Shown: piece after piece, positions 22,336-32,911 of the stretch
Layout: each line of letters starts with the position of its first letter
Numbering within the stretch: position 1 is the stretch's first letter
Source: Cyanidioschyzon merolae
Taxonomy: Eukaryota
Direction: 5' to 3' (one strand)
Assembly (NCBI GenBank): GCA_000091205.1
Contig: AP006485.2
DNA length: 64,000 bases
Notes under the pieces: generated by a model
What the model saw: only the letters and a program-made list of their open reading frames with translations
The model's database searches: none
What the model was told of the DNA's origin: nothing
Translations under genes and position numbers: made by a program

Positions 22336-24012
22336 CTATCGGGTATGGCTCAATTTGGTGATGATTTTGGAAGCTGTACGTGGGCGGGCCAATTTCGGGG
22401 GATTTCCCAAGTCACTGAGCTCGGCTTGGGTGATAGTTCCACGTTCGAGCAATTCCAGGCGAGCTATTCGACGCGCTTTCAGAACGGGTGCGAGGATGCG
22501 CATCACTCGATTATCGGATGTGGCCTCACCGGGGCCATCCCATGCTGCGAGACGGATACCACAGGTTGCCTCGATCGCTTGCACAAGTGCAATATCGTAC
22601 TGCGTGACCATGCTTAGCGCTTTACCGGGTCGGCCGGCTCGCGCTGTTCGCCCGACTCGATGTACGTAAACGCTGACATCCCGCGGCACATCGAAATTGA
22701 GCACGAGATGAACTTTGGGAATGTCGAGGCCGCGTGCGGCGAGATCCGTGCAAACAAGGATGCGGTGTCTGCCTGATTTGAAACCCTGCAGGGCCGCTAT
22801 CCTTTCAGGCTGTGATAGTCTACCATGGAGGGCGCCAACCGGCAGCCCGAGTCGATCCAAAATGCTCGCAAAAATCGCACACTGGGCACAAGACGCGGTG
22901 AACACCATGGCAAGCACCATCGAGGCGCTACTCGACTCGATCGTCGGTGATGATCGCGACTCAGACCCGTCGGTTTCGCCATTCGGGAACCTGGTATGCG
23001 CTCCAAGTGCCGTGGCTTCCATTGATCCGTTCGTTTCGTCGCGTCCGACGTGGTCATTGTCAGCGTCGTCGTTGTCTTCGTCAGCGGTGCGGGCCTCGCG
23101 CTGGCGCCGACGGCGTCGCAGCATCTTGAGGACGGCGTCCTCTCCTGAACCGACAACGTGCAGCAAGACGTATGCGGCATATACATCTCGGATCGCGGCC
23201 GGAACGAGAAGGTAGTAATGCTTCAGCGACGCCACTGTCGCGTAGATCCCCTGGTCAGTGAGTCCTCGATTCGCGTCAAATGCAAATACCTGGGATCCGT
23301 CGGTTTCCGCCACGACCAGTTGCTGAATGCGCTCCATCTGTCGCGACATTGTAGCAGAAAATAGGAGCGTACGACGCGTTACGGGTAACGCACCCAACAG
23401 TGTCGCCAGGTCTGCCGCAAAACCCTCTTCCAGGAGACGATCTGCCTCGTCAAGCACCAGGAACCGCAATCTGCAAAAGTAGCGACAGCGCTGACTCCCT
23501 TCTGGCCGTCTACGCGGGAGCAAAGTCTGATCAGCTGCTTGCTGCTGCCGAATAAACGCTGCAAGACGCCCAGGCGTTGCCACGAGAATGTGTGGGCGTT
23601 CTCTTTCCAGTACAGTGGTCTGGTGCACCGCATCGAGGCCGCCTACAACCGTCTCAACTCTGACGCCTACTCGCGACCCCAGTGCGAGGGTTTGTTCCGC
23701 AATCTGCGCTGCTAGCTCCCGCGTTGGCGTCAGAATCACCGCAAATGGCCCGCAGGGATCACGAACCAACAACTGAAGAATTGGCAACACGAAAGCGGCA
23801 GTTTTCCCAGAGCCTGTTTCAGCGGCTCCAATGACAACGCGGTATCGCTCGTTGAGTACTGCTGGAATGCACGCCTGCTGGATAGGGGTAGGTCGTTGCA
23901 ACCGAAGCGCTTGACACGCCTCACACAAGGACGGCAACAGACCCAAACCAGCGAAAGTCTGCGTTTGATCTAGAGCCATCTGAACTGGCAACGCCCGCTG
24001 TTTGGTGCACAA
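22336..24012 (-). CDS. DDX49: ATP-dependent DEAD-box RNA helicase, DDX49/Dbp8-like.
   Basis: Q-motif region TPIQQACIPAVL. Motif I AETGSGKTAAFVLPILQ. TPTRELAAQIAEQ. Motif II VLDEADRLLE. Motif III LFSATMS. Motif VI YVHRVGRTARAGRPGKALSMVTQYDIALVQAIE. Strong colinearity with human DDX49, with one acidic/basic insertion. Confidence 0.9.
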   Translation of the reverse strand: MCTKQRALPVQMALDQTQTFAGLGLLPSLCEACQALRLQRPTPIQQACIPAVLNERYRVVIGAAETGSGKTAAFVLPILQLLVRDPCGPFAVILTPTRELAAQIAEQTLALGSRVGVRVETVVGGLDAVHQTTVLERERPHILVATPGRLAAFIRQQQAADQTLLPRRRPEGSQRCRYFCRLRFLVLDEADRLLEEGFAADLATLLGALPVTRRTLLFSATMSRQMERIQQLVVAETDGSQVFAFDANRGLTDQGIYATVASLKHYYLLVPAAIRDVYAAYVLLHVVGSGEDAVLKMLRRRRRQREARTADEDNDDADNDHVGRDETNGSMEATALGAHTRFPNGETDGSESRSSPTIESSSASMVLAMVFTASCAQCAIFASILDRLGLPVGALHGRLSQPERIAALQGFKSGRHRILVCTDLAARGLDIPKVHLVLNFDVPRDVSVYVHRVGRTARAGRPGKALSMVTQYDIALVQAIEATCGIRLAAWDGPGEATSDNRVMRILAPVLKARRIARLELLERGTITQAELSDLGNPPKLARPRTASKIITKLSHTR

Positions 24013-24177
24013 ACCTTAGACTCGTACCAACCAGTTGCTGTCAGTTGGAGAACTCCACCGCTGAACCTCATATCCGAGAGCGGCACGAATCGCACGCTGC
24101 GCCCCGCTGAACTGGACGCGAAAACAGAGGTGCAGGAGGCGGCATCGTCCGATGACGCTGCCCGATGGCGATGCCAT

Positions 24178-24590
24178 GTCATCGAGCGTCATCATCGTCA
24201 TCGAGCAGCAGCAGAAGCATCATCATCGTCATCATCGTCATCGAGCAGCAGCAGAAGCATCATCATCATCATCATCGTCATCGAGCAGAAGCATCATCAT
24301 CATCATCGTCATCATCGAGCAGCAGCAGAAGCATCATCATCGTCGTCGTCATCATCGAGCAGCAGCAGAAGCATCGTAATCATCGTAATCATCATCATCA
24401 TCATCATCGAGCAGCAGCAGAAGCATCATCATCATCATCATCATCGAGCAGCAGCAGAAGCATCATCATCGTCGTCGTCATCATCGAGCAGCAGCAGAAG
24501 CATCATCATCATCATCATCATCGAGCAGCATCATCATCGTAATCATCGTCATCATCATCATCGAGCAGCAGCAGAAGCAGCGGTGCGATC
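24178..24590. repeat. Imperfect minisatellite of ~33-42-bp units, (CAT/CGT)n-CGAGCAGCAGCAGAAG, about 10 units.
   Basis: Units are readable directly in the sequence. All three + frames give His-, Ser- or Ile-rich homopolymer ORFs (24130..24717 and others), a typical repeat artefact. It lies in the intergenic region between the divergently transcribed DDX49 and GARS. Confidence 0.9.
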
Positions 24591-24883
24591 AGCGCAGCCG
24601 CCGGGACACAGTACCGGTCAACGCATGCGATACGTCGCCTTTCCTAGTACGCGACTCGTGAAGAGCGTTCCGTGTGTCTCTGTTCAGCAAAGCGGTGTGT
24701 GCGTTTGTGCTCGCTAGGCGTCCTGGTAGACCGTTATAGCTTTATTGAGCCAGTTGCTGACGTGGGCGGCATTAAGTGACAAACGGAGCATTCTGCCCTA
24801 GATCGCGTCCAGCGGCGACAAAGCAACGCACACGAGACGTTCCGGCTTACCTCCTGAGTCCATAAACAGCGCGTGGACTTGCG

Positions 24884-26830
24884 ATGCAGCGCCGCTTCGA
24901 TCGTAAGTCTTTTGATAGGGACGCTTTTGAGACGGTGCTGCGACGCCGGTTTTTTCTTGCGCCCGCGTTTGAAATCTATGGCGGTGTTGCGGGTTTGTTT
25001 GACTACGGGCCCCCGGGGTGCGCCATGAAGAACCATCTCATCCAGTTATGGCGGGATCATTTTGTTGTGGAGGAGGGCATGCTGGAGATCGACGGACCGA
25101 CGCTGACACCTGATCCGGTTTTGCGAGCCTCTGGTCACGTTGATCGTTTCCAGGACTACATGGTTCGCGATCTCGACACGGGCGCCTGTTACCGAGCTGA
25201 CCACCTGCTGCGGGAGACCCTGGAGAACCGCATAGCCGCGATGGATCGGAAGCGCACCGATGTACAGGAAGACAGGCTGCGATCAGCAATGGAGACCTGC
25301 TTGCAGAGGATAGACGAAATGAATCAGGAGCAAATCGCTGCTGCATACCAGCAGTTCGATATCCGTGCACCAGAGTCAGATGCACCACTTTCTGCTCCAT
25401 ATCCATTTAATCTCATGTTTCAAACACAGATAGGACCGACGGGAACGATACCAGCATATTTACGGCCAGAAACAGCCCAAGGCATCTTTGTGAACTTTCG
25501 TCGCCTCCTGGACTACAACAACGGACGCATGCCGTTCGCGTGTGCGCAGATCGGTCTCTCCTTCCGGAACGAGATATCTCCGCGAGCAGGTATTCTGCGC
25601 GTGCGAGAGTTCGCTCAGGCTGAAATCGAACATTTCGTTCATCCGGATCGGAAGGACCATCCAAAGTTCAACCTTATCGCTGACCTGGAGCTGATTCTGC
25701 TCCCACGGAAGGAGCAGCACGCCGCTCGCTCTCGAGAACAGATGACAACCGTGCTTCTTCGTGCGGCGGAAGCAGTTCGCCAAGGCATTGTCGACAACGA
25801 GACGCTGGCCTACTTCATCGCGCGAACGCAACAATATGCCCAAATGATTGGGATTCTGCCCAATCATATGCGTTTTCGACAACATCTGGAGAGTGAAATG
25901 GCCCACTATGCCCGGGATTGCTGGGATCTCGAAGTGGAGACCTCGTACGGCTGGGTGGAGTGCGTTGGCCTCGCGGATCGTGCCTGCTATGACCTGCAGG
26001 CGCATTCCGCGGCTTCCAAGGTGGATCTGGTCGCCTATGAAAAGTTCGACGAGCCACGTGACGAGACGTTCCTCCAAATCACACCGCTCAAACGGGTTAT
26101 TGGAACGAAGTTTCGCGGTGAAACACCGCAGGTTTTGGAAGCCATCGAGAAACTGGGCGAAACCGAGCGTGCACAGCTTCAGCAACAGCTCACTGACCAG
26201 GACCAAGTTCAGCTGGGACCCTACGTCATCACACGGGAAATGGTGACGATCGAACGGGTGAATCGCAAGATTCACGGCCGCAGTTACTGTCCCAGCGTCA
26301 TTGAGCCCTCGTTCGGCATCGGGCGACTGTTGTACTGTGTTCTGGAGCATGCGTTCTACAATCGAACCGGTGGCGATGAATTGCGCACCGTGTTAGCCTT
26401 GAAACCGGCAATTGCACCGGTGAAATCCGTCGTCCTGCCGTTGAGCAAAAATGAGGTATTCGAACCCGTGATACAGGCCGTCTTGCATGCGCTCGCAAAA
26501 TGCCGTCTGACGGTGCGCCTCGACGAAAGCAACGTGTCCATCGGGAGGCGATACGCACGCGCCGATGAAATCGGGGTGCCCTTCTGCGTCACCATCGATT
26601 TTGATTCGCTGGTGGATCACAGCGTCACGCTGCGTGAACGGGATTCCATGGAGCAGGTACGCGGCTCCGTTGGGGATGTGGTGCGCGTGCTTGTCGAGCT
26701 GGTCACTGGAGAGCGGAGCTGGACGGAGCTGGTCTCCACGGATCCGAGCCTGAAACCGTTCACCGGTCAACAGAGTACGAGTGCTGTCGAGGATGGCACG
26801 GTTTGCGAGAAACCTACGCAATCGGCTTGA
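24884..26830 (+). CDS. GARS: Glycyl-tRNA synthetase, eukaryotic/archaeal alpha2 type (cytosolic).
   Basis: RRFFLAPAFEIYGGVAGLFDYGPPGCAMKNHLIQLWRDHFVVEEGMLEIDGPTLTPDPVLRASGHVDRFQDYMVRD ... CYRADHLL is nearly colinear with human GARS1. Class-II motifs are present. Uninterrupted 648-aa ORF. Confidence 0.92.
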   Translation: MQRRFDRKSFDRDAFETVLRRRFFLAPAFEIYGGVAGLFDYGPPGCAMKNHLIQLWRDHFVVEEGMLEIDGPTLTPDPVLRASGHVDRFQDYMVRDLDTGACYRADHLLRETLENRIAAMDRKRTDVQEDRLRSAMETCLQRIDEMNQEQIAAAYQQFDIRAPESDAPLSAPYPFNLMFQTQIGPTGTIPAYLRPETAQGIFVNFRRLLDYNNGRMPFACAQIGLSFRNEISPRAGILRVREFAQAEIEHFVHPDRKDHPKFNLIADLELILLPRKEQHAARSREQMTTVLLRAAEAVRQGIVDNETLAYFIARTQQYAQMIGILPNHMRFRQHLESEMAHYARDCWDLEVETSYGWVECVGLADRACYDLQAHSAASKVDLVAYEKFDEPRDETFLQITPLKRVIGTKFRGETPQVLEAIEKLGETERAQLQQQLTDQDQVQLGPYVITREMVTIERVNRKIHGRSYCPSVIEPSFGIGRLLYCVLEHAFYNRTGGDELRTVLALKPAIAPVKSVVLPLSKNEVFEPVIQAVLHALAKCRLTVRLDESNVSIGRRYARADEIGVPFCVTIDFDSLVDHSVTLRERDSMEQVRGSVGDVVRVLVELVTGERSWTELVSTDPSLKPFTGQQSTSAVEDGTVCEKPTQSA

Positions 26831-28134
26831 GTCTTTCGCTTTCCGAGTGTGCTCTGGGCTAGCATCGAAGCGTCGCAGGAGCGAATCGTTGCTGCTGCGT
26901 AGGCGCCGACGCTCATCGCTCGGGAGGTCTGGGATGAGGCGCGCAACCAGGCAGCGATGCCCGGGGTAAGCGCACGGCCCGGAGGCGTGGCGGTCACGGC
27001 TTGCACGCCACTGGGTCAGCTGGCGGCTTCTGTGCGGAGCGTGCGCCTACCACAGGCCACGGTGAGCGCTCATGGAAGCTTTTACGGTGCCGAGGGGATA
27101 GCGAACGGGTCGGTGACCTTGAATCGGGTGCGCGTCCGTCGTTTGGATGACCATTTTTTTGAATCCTGTTAAAAGCAGCAGCGTAGATCGGAGTTTGACC
27201 TGCTTCCGTTCCATGCCATGCCAGAGAAAGAGGCCGCAACAAGCGCGAATGATGCGATTGCTAGGCGTCGGCAAGCACCGTACAGCCGAAAAGCACCAAA
27301 TATTGGTTCGGTCGGACGCTGCGGGTGTCTCGACGACGCATGTCAGGCGTTGCACGCGCGTTACACGTCCCTGCGGAAGCTCGCTTCACCAGCAGCTGCA
27401 TCCGCTGGAGGTGGCAGCCACTGCACCCAGGTTCGATTCACACGGCACGCTGTCCTGCTCTCGCTGTTCCTACCTTGCTATCTTTCTCCGCGCACGTTTT
27501 CTTAGATGCACGGGGTCGACGTTCGAAGTGCAGCAGTAACGGCGTATGCATTCATGCGAAGTTTGAGGATTCATATCGGTCTTGACGGGGTAGCGTCTTC
27601 CACGCTTGCGACTGGTATGCTTTCCGCCTCGGAAATCAAGATGATTGGCGACAACCTCAAGCGAGGGTTTGTAAAATACCCAATGTCATGATCGAACACA
27701 AGCGCACCAGCCTTCATGCTTCTGCATCCCGTACGTACATCTGGGTTGACGAGGGAAAACCTCGACCAGATCTCTTTACGATTCCACGCTCATGCAGAAC
27801 GTTCACTCGACACGTCAAGCCAGATAATCGAATCTGCGCGAAAGGCAAACGCTCCTCTCTGGGTCGCCAACGGCACAACGACATTCGACAGTGACACGAA
27901 GCCTTTCGGGGGATGCGCTGCCAACGGCTTCCGTCGCTTTTGTTTGCGTGGAATAGAGTCTTGGACTCAGGGCTTGATTCATCGCAACGATCGCTTCCAG
28001 TGCGCATTGCCTGACCGCTACACAGGAAAGGGGCAACTCGGATTGACGTTTGTCGATTTTCTCTCAAGCCTGGAATCTCATTTCGGTACTTTTTTCATCA
28101 CGGGTAATATCGTGTCCCACAAAACCCCTCTCCG

Positions 28135-28658
28135 ATGGAAGAGCGAGCTCTTGCGCATGCAGCAGACAGCGTGCTCGCTGAGCGGATCACCAGAAAGATG
28201 CTCGTGATCGTTGGGCTCGGTACCGGGCGTCGAAACCGACGCGGACATCGAAGAGAGCCCTCTATACCCGTCAAGGGCATATGCCAAGCGATATACGAAG
28301 CACAAAGCGTCCATGGATGACCCTCGCAGAAGGAGTAGGTTTCGTTACGATGCATACTCGCAAACACCTGACCACCTCCATGTGCCACTCTTACGAAGGG
28401 CGCACTGACCCTGTATACAAAGCAGATGAAAAGGCAAAAGAGGGGCGGATCACGACTTGCCTGCTAAGCATCAAACGGTACAATACTAGCCAGAAGCTGC
28501 GAAATAGGGACGTGAACGCTGCCGTCAACCTCGCCTGCTGGTTCAAACGGAGCTCGAGGTACATGTGCAACCGGTGTCTTGAAAACGGGAGACACGAGAG
28601 AGGAAACAAAACCTGCCCTAGACAAGCCCTGAATGGCTTGCATTGGCGGCCGAGATAA
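28135..28658 (+). pseudogene. Degenerate TnpB/Fanzor-like (IS605 OrfB) remnant that retains the RuvC-III motif. Frameshifted, with the zinc finger lost.
   Basis: ORF 28281..28658 encodes PVYKADEKAKEGRI ... YNTSQKLRNRDVNAAVNLA. The YKA ... TSQ and RDVNAA.N(I/L) motifs are TnpB hallmarks, and RDVNAAVNL is at nt 28506-28532. Upstream at 28135-28210 there is clear nucleotide similarity to 9651-9725 of the 1.37-kb repeat (MEERALAHAADSVLAERITRKMLVIV versus MEQRALVYAADSLFTDTIAQKELVI). Three frames are needed to read it, so it is a pseudogene. Confidence 0.45.
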
Positions 28659-30089
28659 CCAGCCCTAGTTGTGTTGGGTGAACACCCAAAATAGGTGCGT
28701 GTGCCTCGTCCATGACATGCCGACATGAGTGCAGCGACGTGCATGCGAGCGTCCGTTTCGCCACCTCCTGTCTGTGTCACGCACGAATCGCACCGCGTTC
28801 GTTCCTATCATGAACGACGTTCGATACCACATGTGTACAGCCTATTCATGAATGCTCTTCGACTGAGCGCAGCTCACTTGAACCTTGCAGCGTAGCGAGG
28901 TATACGCGTTAGACGAGGCGTTTCGGAACGAAACGAATCCGAGGCGTCGCGCTGCACGACACGTGCCGTCGTGCACGTGTCCTTGAATCGGAACCTCCCT
29001 CGTGCAGATATTCTCGATGGCGATCACAAGTTGTTGGTATGGAAAATCGCTTGACGAGAATGCTCTCCTTATTTTTTTTGCCAGAGACGCTGACCAGAAA
29101 TGGCGAGGCCTCCGACTACGACGATGCTGCGACAGTAAAACGCAGCCACTAGTCTCGGTTACTTGTTTTGTATTGCGAGACACCCGGGATTCGCGCGACA
29201 CCTGCACGGGTGTCGAGGCAAAGAACGTGTTTCGGTTAGAGGGTCGCAATTCTTGGCGCTCCGTCGACATGTTGTGGATCATCACAGGGCCCGGACAACG
29301 CTGATGCGCACCATGCACGCTGCCAGAACGCTACCCTCATCGCTCAGGGCGGCACGCGGTTTTGCCGTCGGGGTATGACGTATCCGCTGAGCGGTTCCTG
29401 CTGACGTAGTTCAGAGTGTTGCAAAGAGGACCCTCAATGTTACGGAAAATCCAGGTGCGCCCCAAGCCAAGCGGTAAGCTACCTGCTGTTGCCATGCCGG
29501 TCCCAAGAACCAGGTGTTTCATTCGATGACATGGGAGAACCCCATGGAAGCCTCGATGCAACCCAGGGTCTCGTTCGTGCGCGTCTACGATAAGCGATTC
29601 AGCTCGAGCGGTGGATAACAGGCCGCCTGGACGTATGGCAGACTGAGAACGACAAGGAGTTCCGCTCCTTTTTTTTGCTACGGGCGAAGCGCACACCATC
29701 CCTATCACGAACAGAGAAGTCGTTTTCCAGAGTCCCCCAGACGCCCCAGTGCTGTCACCAGCAGAGGAAGCGACCTCAGCGCATCAGTAGCTGATTGCGC
29801 ACGCCACCAGGCATAGCCCACAGCTCCGAAACGAGAAAGCGGTATGGCGAAATACTGGATTCTGGAAGCACTCGATCTTCATTTGATCATGGATAAATAG
29901 CGAGTCAAGTTAGCGTCTCCAATGAACACGAACAGTTCCAGTAACAACGAGAGAAATCTCAACGCGTCGGCAGATACTTGCATATGCCACCGAGTCGATT
30001 CGTCAAGTCTCCCTCACAGCACCGCCTAGAGACTCGCGCGGAAACAATGTTCCGCGTTCCGCGCATCCCGCCAGCCTATGCCTCTGGAC

Positions 30090-30475
30090 AGTAGCCAGCG
30101 TATCCGGCGGGTATCACTATACAAATTCCTAGTGACAAAATGCTAACAGTAGCCAGCGTATCCGGCAGTCGTTATCATACAATATCCTAATGACAAAATG
30201 CTAACAGTAGCCAGCGTATCCGGCAGGTACCACCATACAATATCCTAATGACAAAATGCTAACAGTAGCCAGCGTATCCGGCAGTCGTTATCATACAATA
30301 TCCTAATTACAAAATGCTAACAGTAGCCAGCGTATCCCGCAGTCGTTATCATACAGTATCCTCATGACAAAATGCTAACAGTAGCCAGCGTATCCCGCAG
30401 TCGTTATCATACAGTATCCTCATGACAAAATGCTAACAGTAGCCAGCGTATCCGGCAGGTACCACCATACCAATG
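30090..30475. repeat. 58-bp tandem repeat, ~6.6 units, immediately 5' of the peroxiredoxin start codon.
   Basis: The unit 'agtagccagcgtatccggcagtcgttatcatacaatatcctaatgacaaaatgctaac' recurs at 30090, 30148, 30206, 30264, 30322, 30380 and 30438, an exact 58-bp period, with minor variants (ggtaccaccat or gtcgttatcat). Confidence 0.9.
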
Positions 30476-30600
30476 AGGACGCTGCCCATTCGCACTGCGA
30501 TGACGCAGCGCCTCGATACAGGGCAGCGCTGCATCTCCAGCTTTTGGGCGCTTCGCTGTTGCTCTGCGCTTCGCGAAACGCCTTCGTACCCACGGAGCAA

Positions 30601-31269
30601 ATGTCGCGTGCTCTCTTAATCAACGATGTTGCACCCGACTTTGAGGCAGAAACTCAGCTTGGGCCGATAAAGTTCAGCGAATACGCCAAAGATAGCTGGG
30701 TGATCCTCTTCTCACACCCGCGCGACTTTACACCGGTGTGCACGACGGAGCTGGCGCGCGCTGCGCAGCTCCAGGAAGAGTTTGCGCGTCGCGGTGTGAA
30801 AATGCTAGCGCTTAGCTGTGATGATGTCGAGTCTCACAACTCCTGGGTGCAAGATGTTGGTGCATATGGGAAAACTGAGGTTAAGTACCCGATCATTGCA
30901 GACCCAGAGCGCAAAATCGCCAAACTCTACAACATGTTACCGGCAGCGGATCCGGGTCGCGACAACATGCCGTTTACCGTTCGTTCGGTGTTCATCATTG
31001 ACAGTTCGAGGCGCATACGGGCTATGGTGACGTATCCAGCGCCGATCGGCCGCAACTTTGATGAGCTTTTGCGCGTCGTGGACGCACTGCAGACCAGCGA
31101 TCGTTTGCACTGTGCGACGCCCGTGGACTGGAAGCCCGGGTCTAGGGTTATAGTTCCATCAAACGTTCCCGATGCGCTGGTGCAGAAGCACTTTGCCGAT
31201 GGACTTGAAGTTGTAGATCTGCCATCGAAAAAGTCGTACCTGCGGTACGGCTCTACGAGTCCATCGTAA
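30601..31269 (+). CDS. PRDX6: 1-Cys peroxiredoxin (Prx6 type).
   Basis: MSRALLINDVAPDFEAETQLGPIKFSEYAKDSWVILFSHPRDFTPVCTTELARAAQL ... PVDWKPGSRVIV ... KKSYLRYGS is colinear with human PRDX6 and has the peroxidatic Cys in the PVCTTE motif. The ORF track extends upstream through the tandem repeat, but the Met at 30601 matches homologue N-termini. Confidence 0.9.
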   Translation: MSRALLINDVAPDFEAETQLGPIKFSEYAKDSWVILFSHPRDFTPVCTTELARAAQLQEEFARRGVKMLALSCDDVESHNSWVQDVGAYGKTEVKYPIIADPERKIAKLYNMLPAADPGRDNMPFTVRSVFIIDSSRRIRAMVTYPAPIGRNFDELLRVVDALQTSDRLHCATPVDWKPGSRVIVPSNVPDALVQKHFADGLEVVDLPSKKSYLRYGSTSPS

Positions 31270-31768
31270 CGCGTCGGGCATCCAATGCATCGATACGGAC
31301 GATACGTCAAGGGATATGATAGAATCCGACGATGGCGACCAGTGCGCCTCTATTCAGACCAAGACAGGTACCGATGTTCGGCGACAGCTGATGGCTCTGT
31401 GCTTGCAGGAACGTTTATGCATGGCGGGTTGCAGGAATTCCAGTTTTCTAGGGCGTGTGCGTCGGCGCCTGTGGACGTATTGCATCGGGATTCGCTACGC
31501 TTCGGAAAGCGCACCATTGTGACCTTCCGCCGTTCCCGGGGAACCTAAAAGGAAAGCACCGTCCCTGTGACGTTGCATGGCGATGCCCGACCACTCAGTT
31601 GCCACGTTCTTGGTGGCATCCACAGCCAAACGCACGCGGGTGATCGCCGTTCGCGAGTCGATGAGCGCGGCGTGAACGCGACAGATGCTTGTTTCTGCGC
31701 CCGATCGTCGCGCAACTTGATGGACACCAAAGTGCAGTCATCAGCGATCAGTGTGCCGGCTTGTCTAT

Positions 31769-32911
31769 CTAATTTCTCTGACGTGGAGGTCCCGGCAGCG
31801 GCGTCGGTCGAAACCCGAATAGCGCGAACGGAGCGAGTGACTCGGTGGGGTTCTGGTGAGGCTCACGTCCGATCGCAGCGTGCCCTGTGCTGCTGCTATC
31901 CGCTTGGGAAGACAGCGCATTGAGGCGGTCGCGCTTTGCAGCATCACCAGCGCTAGCACCATCATCAGCAGCGGCAGTTGAAGCACCATTTGCGCTGTCG
32001 TTGTCTGGTGTGTCTGGTGTAGGTGTTCGTGTCGCGCCCCGTTCGGGGTTCAGGTTGCTCTGGCCAACGGCTTGCTTCAGCGTATCCGGGAGTACAGTTG
32101 CCGTCTCCCGACGACAAGTGATGAGTTTCAGTTCCACAATCAACGGATCCTCACTTATTTTTCGCAGTTCGTGTCGAATACCCGAACCAAAGAATCTATC
32201 GATTCGATCCTCTACAGCTTGAAAGGCCTCAAACGGCGTCTCGCGGCATTCGAAAACGAGTGCAAGCCCGTATTCTTCACCCGGCTCGCGAGACTCTCGC
32301 AGGCGAAGCAGCACTGGTGCCGGGTCGCCTCTCTTAATGACGCCCAGCACCCGAAGCGCGCCCGATAAATGCGCCTCGTCGCCATACCTATGGCGCGTGA
32401 CATCACGAATGATCTGCTTGAGCGTCGTTGTCGCCTTTCGTTCCCGAAGGACTACCAGATCGTCCGTTGTCGAGATCGGCACAGGTTCGAGTTCTGCGTA
32501 CCACAGTGCCAGACCGAGAAGCAAGATAGGCATCCCGTAAATGAGCGTCAGAGATGTTTCTGATGCCGAGCCTGCACTCTTGAAATACACATAGAGTGAA
32601 TAGACGGTGAGCAGTGCACCGATCCCGGTCACGACCTTGGCTAGCGAGAAGCCGCGAAGCTCAAACGGGACCTGCGGCGGCGGCGTCGACGAGGGTTCCC
32701 CTTGTGCACGCAGGTTTCGAATGCCTGCATGCTGGTGGCGCGTATGGCGACCCCCGACAACCGTCTGACGAAACAAAGGTGCATAATGCTTGCCCTGGCG
32801 ACTACGGCATCGGAACCCGATCGCAAATCCTTCGCGTCTCACAGCCGAGCGCCTCGAGCTGCTACGCTGGTACGACGTTCCCTGGTGCGCAGGTACCACA
32901 AAAAGCCACAT
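31769..32911 (-). CDS. Hypothetical membrane protein, possibly of the cyanobacterial/plastid DUF2854-like type.
   Basis: Two predicted TM helices (LAKVVTGIGALLTVYSLYVYF; LTLIYGMPILLLGLALWYAELEPVP) are followed by a conserved-looking soluble region and a disordered tail. The basic N-terminus is transit-peptide-like. The family assignment is tentative. Confidence 0.3.
   Translation of the reverse strand: MWLFVVPAHQGTSYQRSSSRRSAVRREGFAIGFRCRSRQGKHYAPLFRQTVVGGRHTRHQHAGIRNLRAQGEPSSTPPPQVPFELRGFSLAKVVTGIGALLTVYSLYVYFKSAGSASETSLTLIYGMPILLLGLALWYAELEPVPISTTDDLVVLRERKATTTLKQIIRDVTRHRYGDEAHLSGALRVLGVIKRGDPAPVLLRLRESREPGEEYGLALVFECRETPFEAFQAVEDRIDRFFGSGIRHELRKISEDPLIVELKLITCRRETATVLPDTLKQAVGQSNLNPERGATRTPTPDTPDNDSANGASTAAADDGASAGDAAKRDRLNALSSQADSSSTGHAAIGREPHQNPTESLAPFALFGFRPTPLPGPPRQRN

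Noticed and set aside
24130-24717. 195-aa His/Ser/Ile-rich ORF, and overlapping ORFs in the other two frames.
   Set aside because: It lies entirely within the minisatellite. All three frames are open only because the repeat unit lacks stop codons, so this is a repeat artefact, not a gene.
25460-26350. 296-aa minus-strand ORF.
   Set aside because: It is antisense to, and fully contained in, the well-supported GARS gene, and has no domain similarity. This is a typical GC-rich antisense ORF. The same reasoning was applied to 41061..42185 (antisense to GR), 12350..13373 (antisense to the FAD oxidoreductase), 11553..12224 (antisense to the DnaJ-like gene), 60146..62944 (+ ORFs inside GlyQS) and 1753..2838.
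30430-30600. N-terminal 57 aa of the ORF-track peroxiredoxin model (start at 30430).
   Set aside because: That part of the ORF runs through the 58-bp tandem array and has no counterpart in Prx6 homologues. The Met at 30601 aligns with homologue N-termini.
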